64,000 nt of DNA from Myxococcota bacterium (GCA_965247115.1 CBDFGR010000002.1:1536001-1600000); one strand, 5' to 3'; shown: positions 39,437 through 49,501, numbered from the stretch's first letter. Made by a program: numbers and translations. The notes: generated by a model from the letters alone, not told the origin.

Positions 39437-40146
39437 CGGCCCTGCGGGCGGTCCTGTTCGACTTCGGCGGCACACTGTACGACTACGGCTCGCTGGCGCG
39501 CGCCGAGGCGGAGAGTCTGGGCCAGCTGATCGAGTGGGCTGGAATCGATGCTCCTCCCGAGGAGGTCCGGCTCGCGCAGCGAGAGTCCGCACGCAAGGTG
39601 TTCACGGAGTACCTGAGTCGGCCCTTCTACCTGCACAGGGATCTGTTCAACGACACGCTGCGCGAGCTCCTGGCGAGCTTCGGCAAGGACGCAGAGGCGG
39701 GCTGGCTCGACCGCTACCGCGCGGCGCAGTGGGCGGGGCACGCGCGCGACCTGGAGCTCCGCCCGGGAGTCACCGAGACGCTGTCGACGCTCCGTGCCCG
39801 GGGTCTCCACGTCGGCATGGTGAGCAACATCGATGAAGATCAACTCAAGCACCTGCTCGAGATCTCCGGGGTGCGCCCGTACTTCAACGCGATCCTCTCC
39901 AGCGAGCGAGCGGGGTCGTGCAAACCGAACGGCGCGATCTTCGAGCGGGCCCTGCGCAGCGCCGGCTGCGCGCCGCACGAGGCACTGTTCGTCGGCGACT
40001 CGCGCCCGGCCGACGTGGCCGGGGCGAATGCGACCGGGCTGCGCTCCGTCCTCATCTGGCACCGCGCGGACCGGCCGCCGCCCACGGGCGACCCCGAGCC
40101 AACCCACGTGATCCGCTCGATCCCCGAGCTGCTCGACCTGGCCTAG
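39433..40146 (+). CDS. HAD-superfamily hydrolase
   Basis: LFDFGGTL, VSN, KP..AIF, FVGD...DVAGA. Confidence 0.9.
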   Translation: MTALRAVLFDFGGTLYDYGSLARAEAESLGQLIEWAGIDAPPEEVRLAQRESARKVFTEYLSRPFYLHRDLFNDTLRELLASFGKDAEAGWLDRYRAAQWAGHARDLELRPGVTETLSTLRARGLHVGMVSNIDEDQLKHLLEISGVRPYFNAILSSERAGSCKPNGAIFERALRSAGCAPHEALFVGDSRPADVAGANATGLRSVLIWHRADRPPPTGDPEPTHVIRSIPELLDLA

Positions 40147-40150
40147 TCGG

Positions 40151-40545
40151 GTCTTGTGGGACCCGGCCCGCGGGCGGCCGCGGACCACCCACCTCCGCTC
40201 AGGCCTACGGCCTTCGCTGCGCGCGCCGCTTCCGCGGCGCTTGCCTTGTGGGACCCGGCCCGCGGGCGGCCGCGGGCCACCCACCCCCGCTCAGGCCTAC
40301 GGCCTTCGCTGCGCGCGCCGCTTCCGCGGCGCTTGCATGGTTGCCAAGCCCCGCAGGGAATTGCCGGTTCTCCACAGAATCTGAACTAGGTGGGAATCTG
40401 AACTTGGGGACGGTCCTTCGTCTTAACTTCTTTGGACGAGGTTGGAACTTCTGGTCACTCTGGCGGGACTCTTGAGCACAGTCGTTTATTTGGGCGTCGT
40501 TGCGGTCGTCTCAGGCGGAGTAGGTTCTGATTCAGTGACCGTCCC
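40151..40545 (+). mobile_element. REP-like family 1 doublet plus conserved tail plus ~140-bp segment bounded by inverted GGGACGGTC (non-autonomous element candidate)
   Basis: Units at 40153 and 40245; tail shared with 10.9 kb; GGGACGGTC at 40407-40415 and its reverse complement at 40537-40545; lower-GC interior. Confidence 0.6.
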
Positions 40546-40590
40546 TGGTCCGGGGATGGTCTGACGTCCGTCGGATGGGGAATGCGAGGC

Positions 40591-41493
40591 CTAGACGAGC
40601 TTGGTGCGGCCGACAAGGGCTCGGTTGAGGTGTCTGCCTAGCCAGTCTGGCTCGGACTCACCAGCGAGTCGGCGACGCGCGTCGATGTAGGGCGGAAGAT
40701 AGCGCAGGCGGGGCGGTAGCCAGCGCTGGCCTCGGAGGAGCTGGATCGAGGCCGAGAAGACGGCGCGCTCGCGCGCCCGGCCGAACGACAGGCCGAACTC
40801 GGCGCGCAGCCGTTCCGGCAAAAGTGCCGCTGTCATGACCCGATACCAGCGCATGAAGGGGCCGAGGCCAGGCAACGGGGGGCAGAACAGCAGCTCGGCA
40901 ATCTCGCGGGCCGCTGGCGTAACCTCGAGCTCAGGGGACATCCACATCCGGCGGTTGTAGGCCTCGAACTCCAGCCAATCCGCAGGAAGCGCTGCTCGCG
41001 GGATCCCGAAGAGCGAGGCGAAGCGCGTCGTCTCCTCGTAGTACGCGCTCTTCTCTGCCGTGCTGAGTCTGCGCACGGTGAGCTCGAAGACGCGAACGGA
41101 AGTGTCCCACAGGGTGGAGTGAACCCAGAGCGCGCCCTCGCGCTCCAGCGCGCCGGGGACAGGGGCGTGCATGGCGTACACGCGGCGGGAAGCGCGCAGG
41201 GCCAGGTCGAGGTCACCAAACACCATGGCAAACACGTTCGTGAAGGTATTCTGGAAGCGCCGCATCGGGTTCTGTCGGAGTCCGGACCATTGATCGATCG
41301 CATGCGCCACCGACGGAAGCGCGAGCTGCAGCAGCGCTGCGCGACCTGCGCCCAGGAACACGGCTGCGTGTCGGTTGACCAACCAGACCTGGGAGCTCGG
41401 ACCGAAGAGCCCCGCGTTCGGATGTCGAACCCGAGCACGAAGCCGTGCCAGGTCCTTCTCGAGCTCGTGCGGGTCGAGCGAGATCGAGCTCAC
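40591..41493 (-). CDS. DUF2236/MpaB-like oxygenase family protein
   Basis: GLFGPSS..W, GRAALLQLA.P, WVHSTL, YYEE...FA.LFG, LLPERLRAEFGL. Confidence 0.85.
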   Translation of the reverse strand: MSSISLDPHELEKDLARLRARVRHPNAGLFGPSSQVWLVNRHAAVFLGAGRAALLQLALPSVAHAIDQWSGLRQNPMRRFQNTFTNVFAMVFGDLDLALRASRRVYAMHAPVPGALEREGALWVHSTLWDTSVRVFELTVRRLSTAEKSAYYEETTRFASLFGIPRAALPADWLEFEAYNRRMWMSPELEVTPAAREIAELLFCPPLPGLGPFMRWYRVMTAALLPERLRAEFGLSFGRARERAVFSASIQLLRGQRWLPPRLRYLPPYIDARRRLAGESEPDWLGRHLNRALVGRTKLV

Positions 41494-41617
41494 ACAAGTG
41501 CACGGGCGCAAGAGCACATCGGAATGATTCTGTCACACTCGTGCAGGCGCCCGCGTGCTAGGCTCGGGAATCACCGCGACCCGGTTTCATGCGGGGCTGC
41601 GGTGGGGAGCCGAGTCG

Positions 41618-43156
41618 GTGTCACTCACGCTCGAGACACGCTACGGATGGGTTCGCGCTGCGGCCGAGCGCGGCGTACAGACGTACCGCGGGATCCCGTA
41701 CGCACGACCTCTCCTCGGCCCACTTCGACATCGTCCACCGCTGCCACCGGAGCCCTGGGAAGGCGTTCGGGAGTGTCGGGAGTTCGGGGCCGCGGCCCCG
41801 CAGAATCCGCCGAAGATCCCCTCACTGTTCGAAGGCGCAGCCCCGCGCTGGAGCGACGACTGCCTCAGCCTGAACATCTCGACTCCGGGTCTGGACGGAG
41901 AACCGAAGCCTGTGCTGGTCTGGATTCACGGCGGAGACTTCGTCGAGGGCTCGGCCTCCAAACCCGGACTTACCGGCCGTGCACTCGCGCGCCGGGGAGA
42001 CATAGTCGTGGTCACGATCCAGTACCGACTGGGCGCCCTGGGGTTTCTGGATCTGGCTGCCGCGGAGCCGGCTGCCGCGGAGCCGGGTGCCGCCGAATCC
42101 GGCGCCGGATCCGCGAACCTGGGGCTGCTGGATCAGGTCGCGGCACTCGAGTGGGTGAACAGCGAGATCGACGCCTTCGGCGGTGATCCCGCAAACGTCA
42201 CCGTATTCGGCAGCGGCGCCGGGGCAGGCTGCGCCGCCGCGCTGCTTGCGATGCCGCGGGCCCGCAGGCTGTTCCAGCGCGCCATCCTGCAGAGTCCGGT
42301 ACTGCACGTCTGGGATCGCGAGGCGTCCAGTGAGATCGCCCGCAGCTTGCTCGCGGAGCTCGGAGTCTCCGCGGCAGGCCTGGCCGGAATCCCGACCGAT
42401 CAGCTGCTGGCAGCCCAGCAGCGCGTGGAACAGCGACTCGGCGGCAACGCGGACGGGTGGGTGTTCCGTCCCAGCGTGGACGGAGAGACGCTGCCGTCCG
42501 CCCCCCTCGCGGCGATTGGCGCCGGCGAGGCACGAGAGCGCGAGCTCATCGTCGGCACCAACCTGGACGAGGCGCGCATTGCATGCGTCGAGGATCCCTC
42601 CGAGCTCGGCCTGAGCGAGGCAGAGCTCCAGAGGCGCTGCCTCACCCTTGCGCCCGACGAAGCGAGCGCCCGGCTCGCCATCGCGACATATCGCGGGGCC
42701 CGGCTCGGCGCCGCGGCGAGCCCGAGCTCAGTCTGGTCGGCGATCGAGTCCGACCGCCTGTTCCGCTACCCCGCTGCGCAGCTCGCCGAGGCGCAGGCGG
42801 GCACTGGCACACGCGTGTTCGCCTATCTCTTCAGCTGGCCCTCGCCGGTGGGAGGAGGTGCGCTGGGCGCCTTTCACGGGCTTGAGGTTCCCTTCGTCTT
42901 CGGCACGCGCCGCCATCACGCTCTGCGCCGCTTTGTTGGCGGTGGCGACGAGGCCAAACAGCTCTCCCACAGGATGAGCGACGCGTGGATCGGCTTCGCG
43001 CACGCGGGCGAGCCGAGCTGCCCCGGTCTCGGACGCTGGCCTGCCTACGTCGCTCCCGAGCGCCGCACGCTCGTGCTCGGCAGCAAGCCCGAGGTAATCG
43101 GCGCTCCCATGGAAGCGGAGCGCGCTCTGTGGGATCGACTCCGGTCCATCCGGTGA
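41618..43156 (+). CDS. Type-B carboxylesterase-fold protein lacking the catalytic serine
   Basis: RGIPYA, DDCLSLNI, VWIHGG, YRLGALGF, NLGLLDQ, FGGDPANVTVFGSGAG. Confidence 0.88.
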   Translation: MSLTLETRYGWVRAAAERGVQTYRGIPYARPLLGPLRHRPPLPPEPWEGVRECREFGAAAPQNPPKIPSLFEGAAPRWSDDCLSLNISTPGLDGEPKPVLVWIHGGDFVEGSASKPGLTGRALARRGDIVVVTIQYRLGALGFLDLAAAEPAAAEPGAAESGAGSANLGLLDQVAALEWVNSEIDAFGGDPANVTVFGSGAGAGCAAALLAMPRARRLFQRAILQSPVLHVWDREASSEIARSLLAELGVSAAGLAGIPTDQLLAAQQRVEQRLGGNADGWVFRPSVDGETLPSAPLAAIGAGEARERELIVGTNLDEARIACVEDPSELGLSEAELQRRCLTLAPDEASARLAIATYRGARLGAAASPSSVWSAIESDRLFRYPAAQLAEAQAGTGTRVFAYLFSWPSPVGGGALGAFHGLEVPFVFGTRRHHALRRFVGGGDEAKQLSHRMSDAWIGFAHAGEPSCPGLGRWPAYVAPERRTLVLGSKPEVIGAPMEAERALWDRLRSIR

Positions 43157-43509
43157 TGTGGATCTGGATCGCAGCCCTCTCCGGCGCGCTTGGCGTGGCC
43201 GCGGGCGCCCTGGGATCTCACAGCCTGGAGACGCGTCTCAGTCCAGCCATGCTGTCCGCCTGGAACACGGCCGTGCTGTACCACCTGCTGCACAGCGTGG
43301 TCCTGCTGGCGCTGGGCCTCTTCACCATCTCCACGCAACGCGACGTGCGTCTGCCCGCGACCCTGTTCAGCGCGGGCGTGTTGCTCTTCTCGGGCTCGCT
43401 CTACGCTCTTGCCCTGTCAGCACCGAGCGCACTCGGTCCGCTCACCCCGCTCGGTGGGCTGTGCCTGATCATGGGCTGGCTGTCGCTCCTGTCCCTCCTG
43501 CGACGCTGA
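43156..43509 (+). CDS. DUF423 (YgdD/TMEM256) membrane protein
   Basis: GALGSH, TAVLYHLLH, LFSGSLYAL, TPLGG. Confidence 0.9.
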   Translation: MWIWIAALSGALGVAAGALGSHSLETRLSPAMLSAWNTAVLYHLLHSVVLLALGLFTISTQRDVRLPATLFSAGVLLFSGSLYALALSAPSALGPLTPLGGLCLIMGWLSLLSLLRR

Positions 43510-43566
43510 CACCCACGAAGCCCTTCGTCGCATCCGGAGCCTGGACGTCCTCCGACGTCCTCCAAC

Positions 43567-45246
43567 CTACTCCGTAACCGCACCCAGCGAAGCACTCGAC
43601 ACCAGCTTTGCGTACTTGGCGAGCACGCCCCTGCGGTAGTGCGGCTCAGGCGCGGTCCAGGCGCTGCGCCGTCTCTCGATCTCCGCGGCGTCGACGTTGA
43701 GCTCGAGGATCCGTTTCTTGGCGTCTATGGTGACACTGTCACTCTCGTGGACCAGAGCGAGAGGGCCACCCACCTGGGCTTCTGGCGCTACGTGTCCCAC
43801 AACCATGCCGTAGGTGCCGCCCGAGAAGCGGCCGTCGGTGATCAGCCCGACCGATTCCCCGAGGCCCTTGCCGATGAGGGCGCTCGTCGGCGTGAGCATC
43901 TCGCGCATGCCGGGTCCCCCCTTCGGGCCTTCGTAGCGGATCACGAGCACATCGCCCGGACGAATTCGATCCTCCATGATCGCGTCCATACACGCCTCCT
44001 CGGAGTCGAAGACACGAGCGGGCCCGGTGATGGAAAGGGACTTCAGCCCGCTGATCTTCGCGACTGCGCCGTCTGGCGCGAGGTTGCCCCGCATGATGGC
44101 GAGGTGCCCTTCCCCGTAGATGGGGCGGTCGAGCGGGTGCACGACGCCCTGTCCGGAAGGCGGGACCGCCGACACATCGGCCAGGTTCTCCGCGATCGTC
44201 TTCCCCGTCGCCGTCAAGCAGTCCCCGTGCAGCAGGTCCGCTTCGAGCAGCATCTTCATGATCAACGGGATTCCGCCGACCGCGTGCAGATCCGTCGCCA
44301 CGTACTTGCCGGACGGCTTCATGTTCGCGATCACCGGGACACGCTCGCGGATCCGCTCGAAGTCGTCGAGCTCGAGCTTCACATCGCTGGCGTGCGCGAT
44401 CGCCAGCAGGTGCAGAACCGCGTTGGTAGAGCCGCCGGTCGCCATCACAACGCTGATGGCGTTCTCGAAGGCTTGCCTCGTCATGATCTCTCGAGGCCGC
44501 AAGTCGCGTTTGACGAGCTCCAGCAGCGCAAGCCCGCTCAGCCTCGCGCTCTCGCGCTTCTCGGCGTCCTCGGCTGCCATGGTGGACGAGCCCGGCAGGC
44601 TCATGCCCATAGCCTCGATGGCGCTGCTCATGGTGTTCGCGGTGAACATCCCACCGCACGAGCCCTTGCCGGGACAGGCACGTCGCTCGATCTCCAAAAA
44701 GTCCGCGTCACTGAGCGCACCCGCACCGTGCTCTCCGACGGCCTCGAAGACACTCACAACCGTGAGGTCGCGGCCCGCGTAGTGCCCGGGCTTGATCGTT
44801 CCGCCGTAGACGAAGAGCGCGGGGATGTCCAGGCGCCCGATCGCGATCAAGGCACCCGGCATGTTCTTGTCGCAGCCGCCGACCGCCAGGACGCCGTCCA
44901 TGCACTGTCCCCGACACACCGTCTCGATCGAGTCGGCGATGACCTCCCGACTGACGAGGGAGCACTTCATGCCCTCGGTCCCCATCGAGATGCCGTCGCT
45001 GACTGTGATCGTGCCGAAGGTCTGAGGCATGCCTCCAGCGGACCGGATCGCCGCGGCCCCCTCAGCCGAGAGCTCTCCAAGGCCTGCATTGCAGGGCGTG
45101 ATGTCGCTCTGCGCGCTGGCCACACCCACGATGGGTTTGCCGAAATCTCCGTCCGTGAAACCCACCGCTCGCAACATGGCGCGGTTCGGCGCTCGGTTTT
45201 CTCCCTCGGTGATCAGCTTGCTGCGCGAGTTCAGATCCTTGCTCAT
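43567..45246 (-). CDS. ilvD: Dihydroxy-acid dehydratase
   Basis: [40 protein letters not shown]. Confidence 0.97.
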   Translation of the reverse strand: MSKDLNSRSKLITEGENRAPNRAMLRAVGFTDGDFGKPIVGVASAQSDITPCNAGLGELSAEGAAAIRSAGGMPQTFGTITVSDGISMGTEGMKCSLVSREVIADSIETVCRGQCMDGVLAVGGCDKNMPGALIAIGRLDIPALFVYGGTIKPGHYAGRDLTVVSVFEAVGEHGAGALSDADFLEIERRACPGKGSCGGMFTANTMSSAIEAMGMSLPGSSTMAAEDAEKRESARLSGLALLELVKRDLRPREIMTRQAFENAISVVMATGGSTNAVLHLLAIAHASDVKLELDDFERIRERVPVIANMKPSGKYVATDLHAVGGIPLIMKMLLEADLLHGDCLTATGKTIAENLADVSAVPPSGQGVVHPLDRPIYGEGHLAIMRGNLAPDGAVAKISGLKSLSITGPARVFDSEEACMDAIMEDRIRPGDVLVIRYEGPKGGPGMREMLTPTSALIGKGLGESVGLITDGRFSGGTYGMVVGHVAPEAQVGGPLALVHESDSVTIDAKKRILELNVDAAEIERRRSAWTAPEPHYRRGVLAKYAKLVSSASLGAVTE

Positions 45247-45256
45247 AGCCCCTATT

Positions 45257-46585
45257 CTACCCAGCTCTGGACTGACGGTGGCTACCGGGTCCCGGTTCGC
45301 GTCGTCCGCACCAGGCGCAGAAGCGCCAGAACTCGCTAGGCACCGGCCAGCGACAACGCGGGCAGCGGGCGGGAAGCTCCGGGTGGCTCCACAGGCGGGC
45401 CGGCTTCTGCTTGCAGACCGGGCAGTAGCGCATGAAGGGCCGCAGCTGTCCGTCGCAGCCGCGACGGCTACAGGCTCGCGTGGCCCTCGGATCCCGGCGC
45501 GGCTGCCGGCCGCTGCCCTCGAAGCGTCCAGCGAAGCACCACGGACACGCGGTCCAGTCCGCCTGGACGCCGCGCTCGCACCAGGGACAGATCAGTCCCG
45601 CGGGGGTGATCTCCGCGAACGAGTTCTCGCCGCTTCCGCACCAGGGGCAGAACGGCATCTCCTCGGCCATGGCACCGTCGCAGCGATGGCAGCGATATCT
45701 CATGCGCAGCGAGCTGCCGTGCAGCCTGCGGAAGAGCTCCGCCTGCACCACCAGGGGAGAGGGTGCGGGAGCGGGGGCCCGTCGTCGCTTGCGCGGCCGG
45801 ACGGGCGATACCGCGCGCTCGGCCTTCTCGAGCGCGCGCTGAAACGCGATCGCGTCCGCGTAGCGACGGCGCGGCTCGAACTCGGAGGCCTTGCGGAGTA
45901 CGGACATCAGGGGCTTGGGCACCCTTGACACAAAGCGCCTGTAGCCCGGAGGCGGCCATTCGAAGGGCCAGCTCAACAGCTTTCCGCCGAGCAGCTCATA
46001 GGCGATCAGGCCCAGGGAGAAGACGTCCGAGGAGAGGGTCGGTCGGCCGTACGCTTGCTCCGGAGCCATGTACCCGAGCGTGCCCGCCTCGGTCAGCGAC
46101 CGCTCCGGACCGGCGAAGCGGGAGACGCCGAAGTCTCCCAGTGCCGCGCGGCCGTCTGCGAAGATCATGACGTTCTCGGGCTTCACGTCGCGATGCATCA
46201 GCCGACGCTCGTGGGCGTAGGCCAGACCGGCCGCCACGTCGCGCACTACGCGCAGTGCCACGCGTCCAGAGCGCCGCGCGCCCGCATAGGTCGCCAGCGA
46301 GGTTCTCGCGAGCTCGGTGACCAGGACGAAGTGTCCCTCCATCCAGTCTGCATTGCGGATGGCAACGATGTTCGGGTGGGAGAGACGGCTCGCGATGCGC
46401 GCTTCGCGCTCGATCTCGGCGCGGCCATGCTGACCGACAACGGCAGACTGAATGATCTTGAGCGCGACACGACGCTGCTCGATGCTGTCGCGCGCCGCCC
46501 AGACGTCCGCCGCGGAGCCCCTTCCGATCCGCCGCTCGAGACGATACTTGCCGAGGCGGACCCCCTTGCGCAGTACCGCGGGCAT
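45257..46585 (-). CDS. Hanks-type Ser/Thr kinase with C-terminal zinc-ribbon array
   Basis: [25 protein letters not shown]; eight Cys pairs in the C-terminal part. Confidence 0.9.
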   Translation of the reverse strand: MPAVLRKGVRLGKYRLERRIGRGSAADVWAARDSIEQRRVALKIIQSAVVGQHGRAEIEREARIASRLSHPNIVAIRNADWMEGHFVLVTELARTSLATYAGARRSGRVALRVVRDVAAGLAYAHERRLMHRDVKPENVMIFADGRAALGDFGVSRFAGPERSLTEAGTLGYMAPEQAYGRPTLSSDVFSLGLIAYELLGGKLLSWPFEWPPPGYRRFVSRVPKPLMSVLRKASEFEPRRRYADAIAFQRALEKAERAVSPVRPRKRRRAPAPAPSPLVVQAELFRRLHGSSLRMRYRCHRCDGAMAEEMPFCPWCGSGENSFAEITPAGLICPWCERGVQADWTACPWCFAGRFEGSGRQPRRDPRATRACSRRGCDGQLRPFMRYCPVCKQKPARLWSHPELPARCPRCRWPVPSEFWRFCAWCGRREPGPGSHRQSRAG

Positions 46586-46619
46586 GCGCCTCCTTACCAA
46601 CTGGCCCGGTCCGCGCCGA

Positions 46620-47099
46620 TCAGGCGTAAATCAGCCGCGTGAGAAACTCGGCTACGCAGGCCGGCTTCGGCTCACCTTCGATCTCGACGCTGACCTTCTG
46701 TTTGAGCTGCAGCGTGTTGGGCGCGACCTCGTCGGCCGAGACGAGCTCCCTGCTGGCCCGGACCCGGGAGTCCACCTTGACGGGGAAGGGGAAGCGGACG
46801 CGGTCGAGCCCGTAGTTCACACCCATGACCATCCCCGCGTAGGCCTCAGGAGCCGCATTGGGGACACTCTGCTGGAGAAAGGGCAGCAGCGAGAGGGTCA
46901 GAAAGCCGTGAGCGATCGGAACCTTGTACGGCGACAGCTGCGCACACTTCTCGGGGTCGACATGGATGAACTGGTGGTCGCCGGTGGCATCGGCAAACAG
47001 GTTGATCTGACTCTGATCCACCACGTGCCACTCGCCCGGACCTTCGATTTCGCCGACACGGGCCTGGAAGCGCTCCGACGCCTGCTCGAGCTTACTCAC
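46620..47099 (-). CDS. MaoC-family dehydratase
   Basis: FADATGDHQFIHVD, IAHGFLTLSL, NYGLDRVRF. Confidence 0.92.
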   Translation of the reverse strand: MSKLEQASERFQARVGEIEGPGEWHVVDQSQINLFADATGDHQFIHVDPEKCAQLSPYKVPIAHGFLTLSLLPFLQQSVPNAAPEAYAGMVMGVNYGLDRVRFPFPVKVDSRVRASRELVSADEVAPNTLQLKQKVSVEIEGEPKPACVAEFLTRLIYA

Positions 47100-47119
47100 T
47101 GGGTTCCTCCTCTGGCCGT

Positions 47120-47210
47120 GTCTTGTGGGACCCGGCCGCGGGCGGCCGCGGCCACCCACCTCCGCTCAGGCCTTCGGCCTTCGCTGCGCGCGCGCATTCG
47201 CGCGCTTGCA
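47120..47210 (+). repeat. REP-like family 1 copy (shortened stem 1, altered stem 3)
   Basis: GGCCGCGG-GCGG-CCGCGGCC; GCGCGCG-CATT-CGCGCGC. Confidence 0.9.
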
Positions 47211-47305
47211 GGGTGGTCCTGGGTCATCACCAGAGAAGGTTAACCACGAGGATGGGTGTGGTGCCAGCCTGGCCCCAACTTGGCGCTAGCGGGTATGCTC
47301 GGGAC

Positions 47306-47659
47306 ATGGGTGCGCTTGTGCTTTATCACAACCCTCGCTGCTCGAAGAGTCGCGCTGCCCTGGCACTGCTCCAGGGACGTGGGGCCGCGTTCGAGCTGGT
47401 CGAGTATCTCGAGACGCCGCTGAGCCGGAAGGATCTGGAGAACCTTCAGCGCAAGCTCGGGTTGCCCCCCTCGCAGTGGGTTCGCCGCAAAGAGGAGGCG
47501 TTTCGTGAGGCTGGGCTGTCCGCCGAGAGTACGGAGGCCGAGATCCTCGACGCCATTGCTGCTCGCCCGATCCTGCTCGAGAGGCCCATTCTCGTGCGCG
47601 GCGAGCACGCCGCCATCGGTCGACCCACCGAGCGGCTGCTCGACCTCCTGGACGAGTAG
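47306..47659 (+). CDS. ArsC/Spx family reductase
   Basis: YHNPRCSKSR, LLERPIL, IGRP. Confidence 0.9.
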   Translation: MGALVLYHNPRCSKSRAALALLQGRGAAFELVEYLETPLSRKDLENLQRKLGLPPSQWVRRKEEAFREAGLSAESTEAEILDAIAARPILLERPILVRGEHAAIGRPTERLLDLLDE

Positions 47660-47704
47660 TAGGATAGAAAAAAGCCAAGCGCGGTTCGGCGCGAGAGGAG
47701 CAAC

Positions 47705-48154
47705 ATGGACGAAGAGCGCGTCAAGGAGATCGTCAACGACATGAAGTTCTTCAGCGGGAAGGGCGAGATGGCGATCGACGAGATCGCGATGATCCAGCCC
47801 GGCCTCGCCCGGATCATGCCGGAGATCGGCAACCGTGCCTGGAAGCTCTACTACGCTGCCAAGGCCGAGAACTGGCCCAACGCGATGTACCAGTGGAAGG
47901 AGGCCAAGAAGCTGTTCGAGGTCGCAGCATACACGCGGCCCAAGTACGAGGAGGCGATCGAGGAGTATCTCCGCGACGACTGGGCGCTGCTGGAGGTCGC
48001 GATCGTAGACCAGAACCTCGAGAAGTTCCTCGAGAGTTTCGACCAGTGCGTGGACTCCGCCAACGCGTGGCACGAGAAGAAGGACAAGCCCTTCATCCGG
48101 TGGAAGGTCCCCGATCAGCCCCCTCCCGACCTCGACCTGACGCCGCGAAAGTAA
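47705..48154 (+). CDS. Hypothetical helical protein resembling cytochrome-c'-like proteins but without CxxCH
   Basis: GAGAGGAG SD; QPGL..IM...KLYYA....NW..A.Y...ANAWH...FI..K.P..PP. Confidence 0.7.
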   Translation: MDEERVKEIVNDMKFFSGKGEMAIDEIAMIQPGLARIMPEIGNRAWKLYYAAKAENWPNAMYQWKEAKKLFEVAAYTRPKYEEAIEEYLRDDWALLEVAIVDQNLEKFLESFDQCVDSANAWHEKKDKPFIRWKVPDQPPPDLDLTPRK

Positions 48155-48157
48155 GGG

Positions 48158-49273
48158 CTAGACGAGCGAGCGCTGCCTCAGCTTGAGGCGCTCGTCGTAC
48201 GCACCACGCACGAGCTCGGCATCTCGGATGAAGTATTCGAGCTCCGAGAGCAGCAGCGCCTGAGGACCGTCGCAGAGCGCCTCCTCGGGCTTGGGGTGGA
48301 CGTCTACAAGGACCAGATTCGCTCCGGCAATGATGCCCTGCGCTGTCGCGTGGACGATGTCGAGCAACCCGTCGGGTGCGGTTTCGCGCTTTCCGACCGA
48401 GTGCGAGGGATCGATGCAGACCGGAAGCCGCGTGAGTCGCTTCACGACGGGCACGTGTGCGAAGTCGACGAAGTTGCGGTGGGGGTCGCCCAGGTTCGAC
48501 TTCATGCCTCGCAAGCAAAAGATGATCTTGTGGTTGCCCCCCGAGGCAACGTACTCGACCGCGTTCAGCGATTCCTCGAGCGTGATGCCCATCCCGCGCT
48601 TGAAGAGCACGGGGTAGTCCTGCTGCGAGCCGACGACCTTGAGCAGCTCGAAGTTCTGGGCGTTACGCGTGCCGATCTGCAGCATGACGCTGGTCGGCTG
48701 TCCGGCGGCCTGGAGCGCGTCGTGGATCTCGTCCACCTGCCCGGCGTGACAGACCTCCATGGAGATCACGCGGATCCCGTACTTGCCGGCGATGTCGAAC
48801 AAATAGGGGAGGCACTCCGCGCCGCGACCCTGGAAGTCGTAGGGACTCGTGCGCGGCTTGTAGGCACCGGCCCGCGTGGTTTCGATGCCGAGCTGGTGCA
48901 GCACACGGAACGTGGCCTCCACGCTCTCCGGGGTGTCCACGGCGCACAGTCCTGGGAAGACGTGGAAGCTCTCCTGGCTGAAGTGGACGCCGTTGTGCTC
49001 GAAGCCGACGGCCTCGCCCTGTCCTTCGTGACGCCCGATCGAGCGGTAGCGCACGCGGATCCGGATCACGCGCTCGACCGCAGAGAACTCGTCGAATTGC
49101 TCCTCCGAGACAGACCCGGTCGAGCCAAGCAGGTAGACCTCGGTCAGCGCGCGTGTCGCACCCTGGATCGCACGTACCTCCGTACGCACGTCTGGGTAGC
49201 TCTCCGCCATCCGCACGACCCGGTGCACTTCTTCCGAGTCCGGGAGAACGTCCGATTTCATCACGATGATCAT
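48158..49273 (-). CDS. aroF: DAHP synthase, type I-beta with N-terminal regulatory domain
   Basis: GLCAVD, RAGAYKPRTSPYDFQG, QIGTRNAQN, KRG, DPSHS, HPKPEEALCDG. Confidence 0.9.
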   Translation of the reverse strand: MIIVMKSDVLPDSEEVHRVVRMAESYPDVRTEVRAIQGATRALTEVYLLGSTGSVSEEQFDEFSAVERVIRIRVRYRSIGRHEGQGEAVGFEHNGVHFSQESFHVFPGLCAVDTPESVEATFRVLHQLGIETTRAGAYKPRTSPYDFQGRGAECLPYLFDIAGKYGIRVISMEVCHAGQVDEIHDALQAAGQPTSVMLQIGTRNAQNFELLKVVGSQQDYPVLFKRGMGITLEESLNAVEYVASGGNHKIIFCLRGMKSNLGDPHRNFVDFAHVPVVKRLTRLPVCIDPSHSVGKRETAPDGLLDIVHATAQGIIAGANLVLVDVHPKPEEALCDGPQALLLSELEYFIRDAELVRGAYDERLKLRQRSLV

Positions 49274-49485
49274 GGCTCGCGAAATATATCCGCTTTCAGG
49301 AGCCGCGTCTCTTCGCGCCGCGTCTTTGCGCAGTCCGCCCAGATCGGACTCTGACGATATCCCGTCAACGGGGGAGCAGGTCTGCCGGGATTCCGTCGGT
49401 AATATCTGCCGGGCGGAAAGTCCCGCCTGGCTCGAGCGTGTCCACCGGCGCTGCTCCGTGCCCACCCCGGACCCACGCCGCGCGG

Positions 49486-49501
49486 AGGCACACGGGTTGC
49501 A
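49486..49501 (+). promoter_or_regulatory. Sigma-54 promoter upstream of the helical-repeat gene/activator pair
   Basis: AGGCAC-ACGGG-TTGCA (GG-N10-GC). Confidence 0.65.

Noticed and set aside
38853..40146. TerB plus HAD as an anti-phage or tellurite-resistance island
   Set aside because: A single TerB-family gene with no other ter or defence genes and normal composition; support is insufficient
43639..45339. 566-aa ORF antisense to ilvD, and similar long shadow ORFs (1774-3222, 16804-18453, 19303-20670, 22279-23370)
   Set aside because: Expected from high-GC codon bias opposite or overlapping well-supported genes; no recognisable motifs
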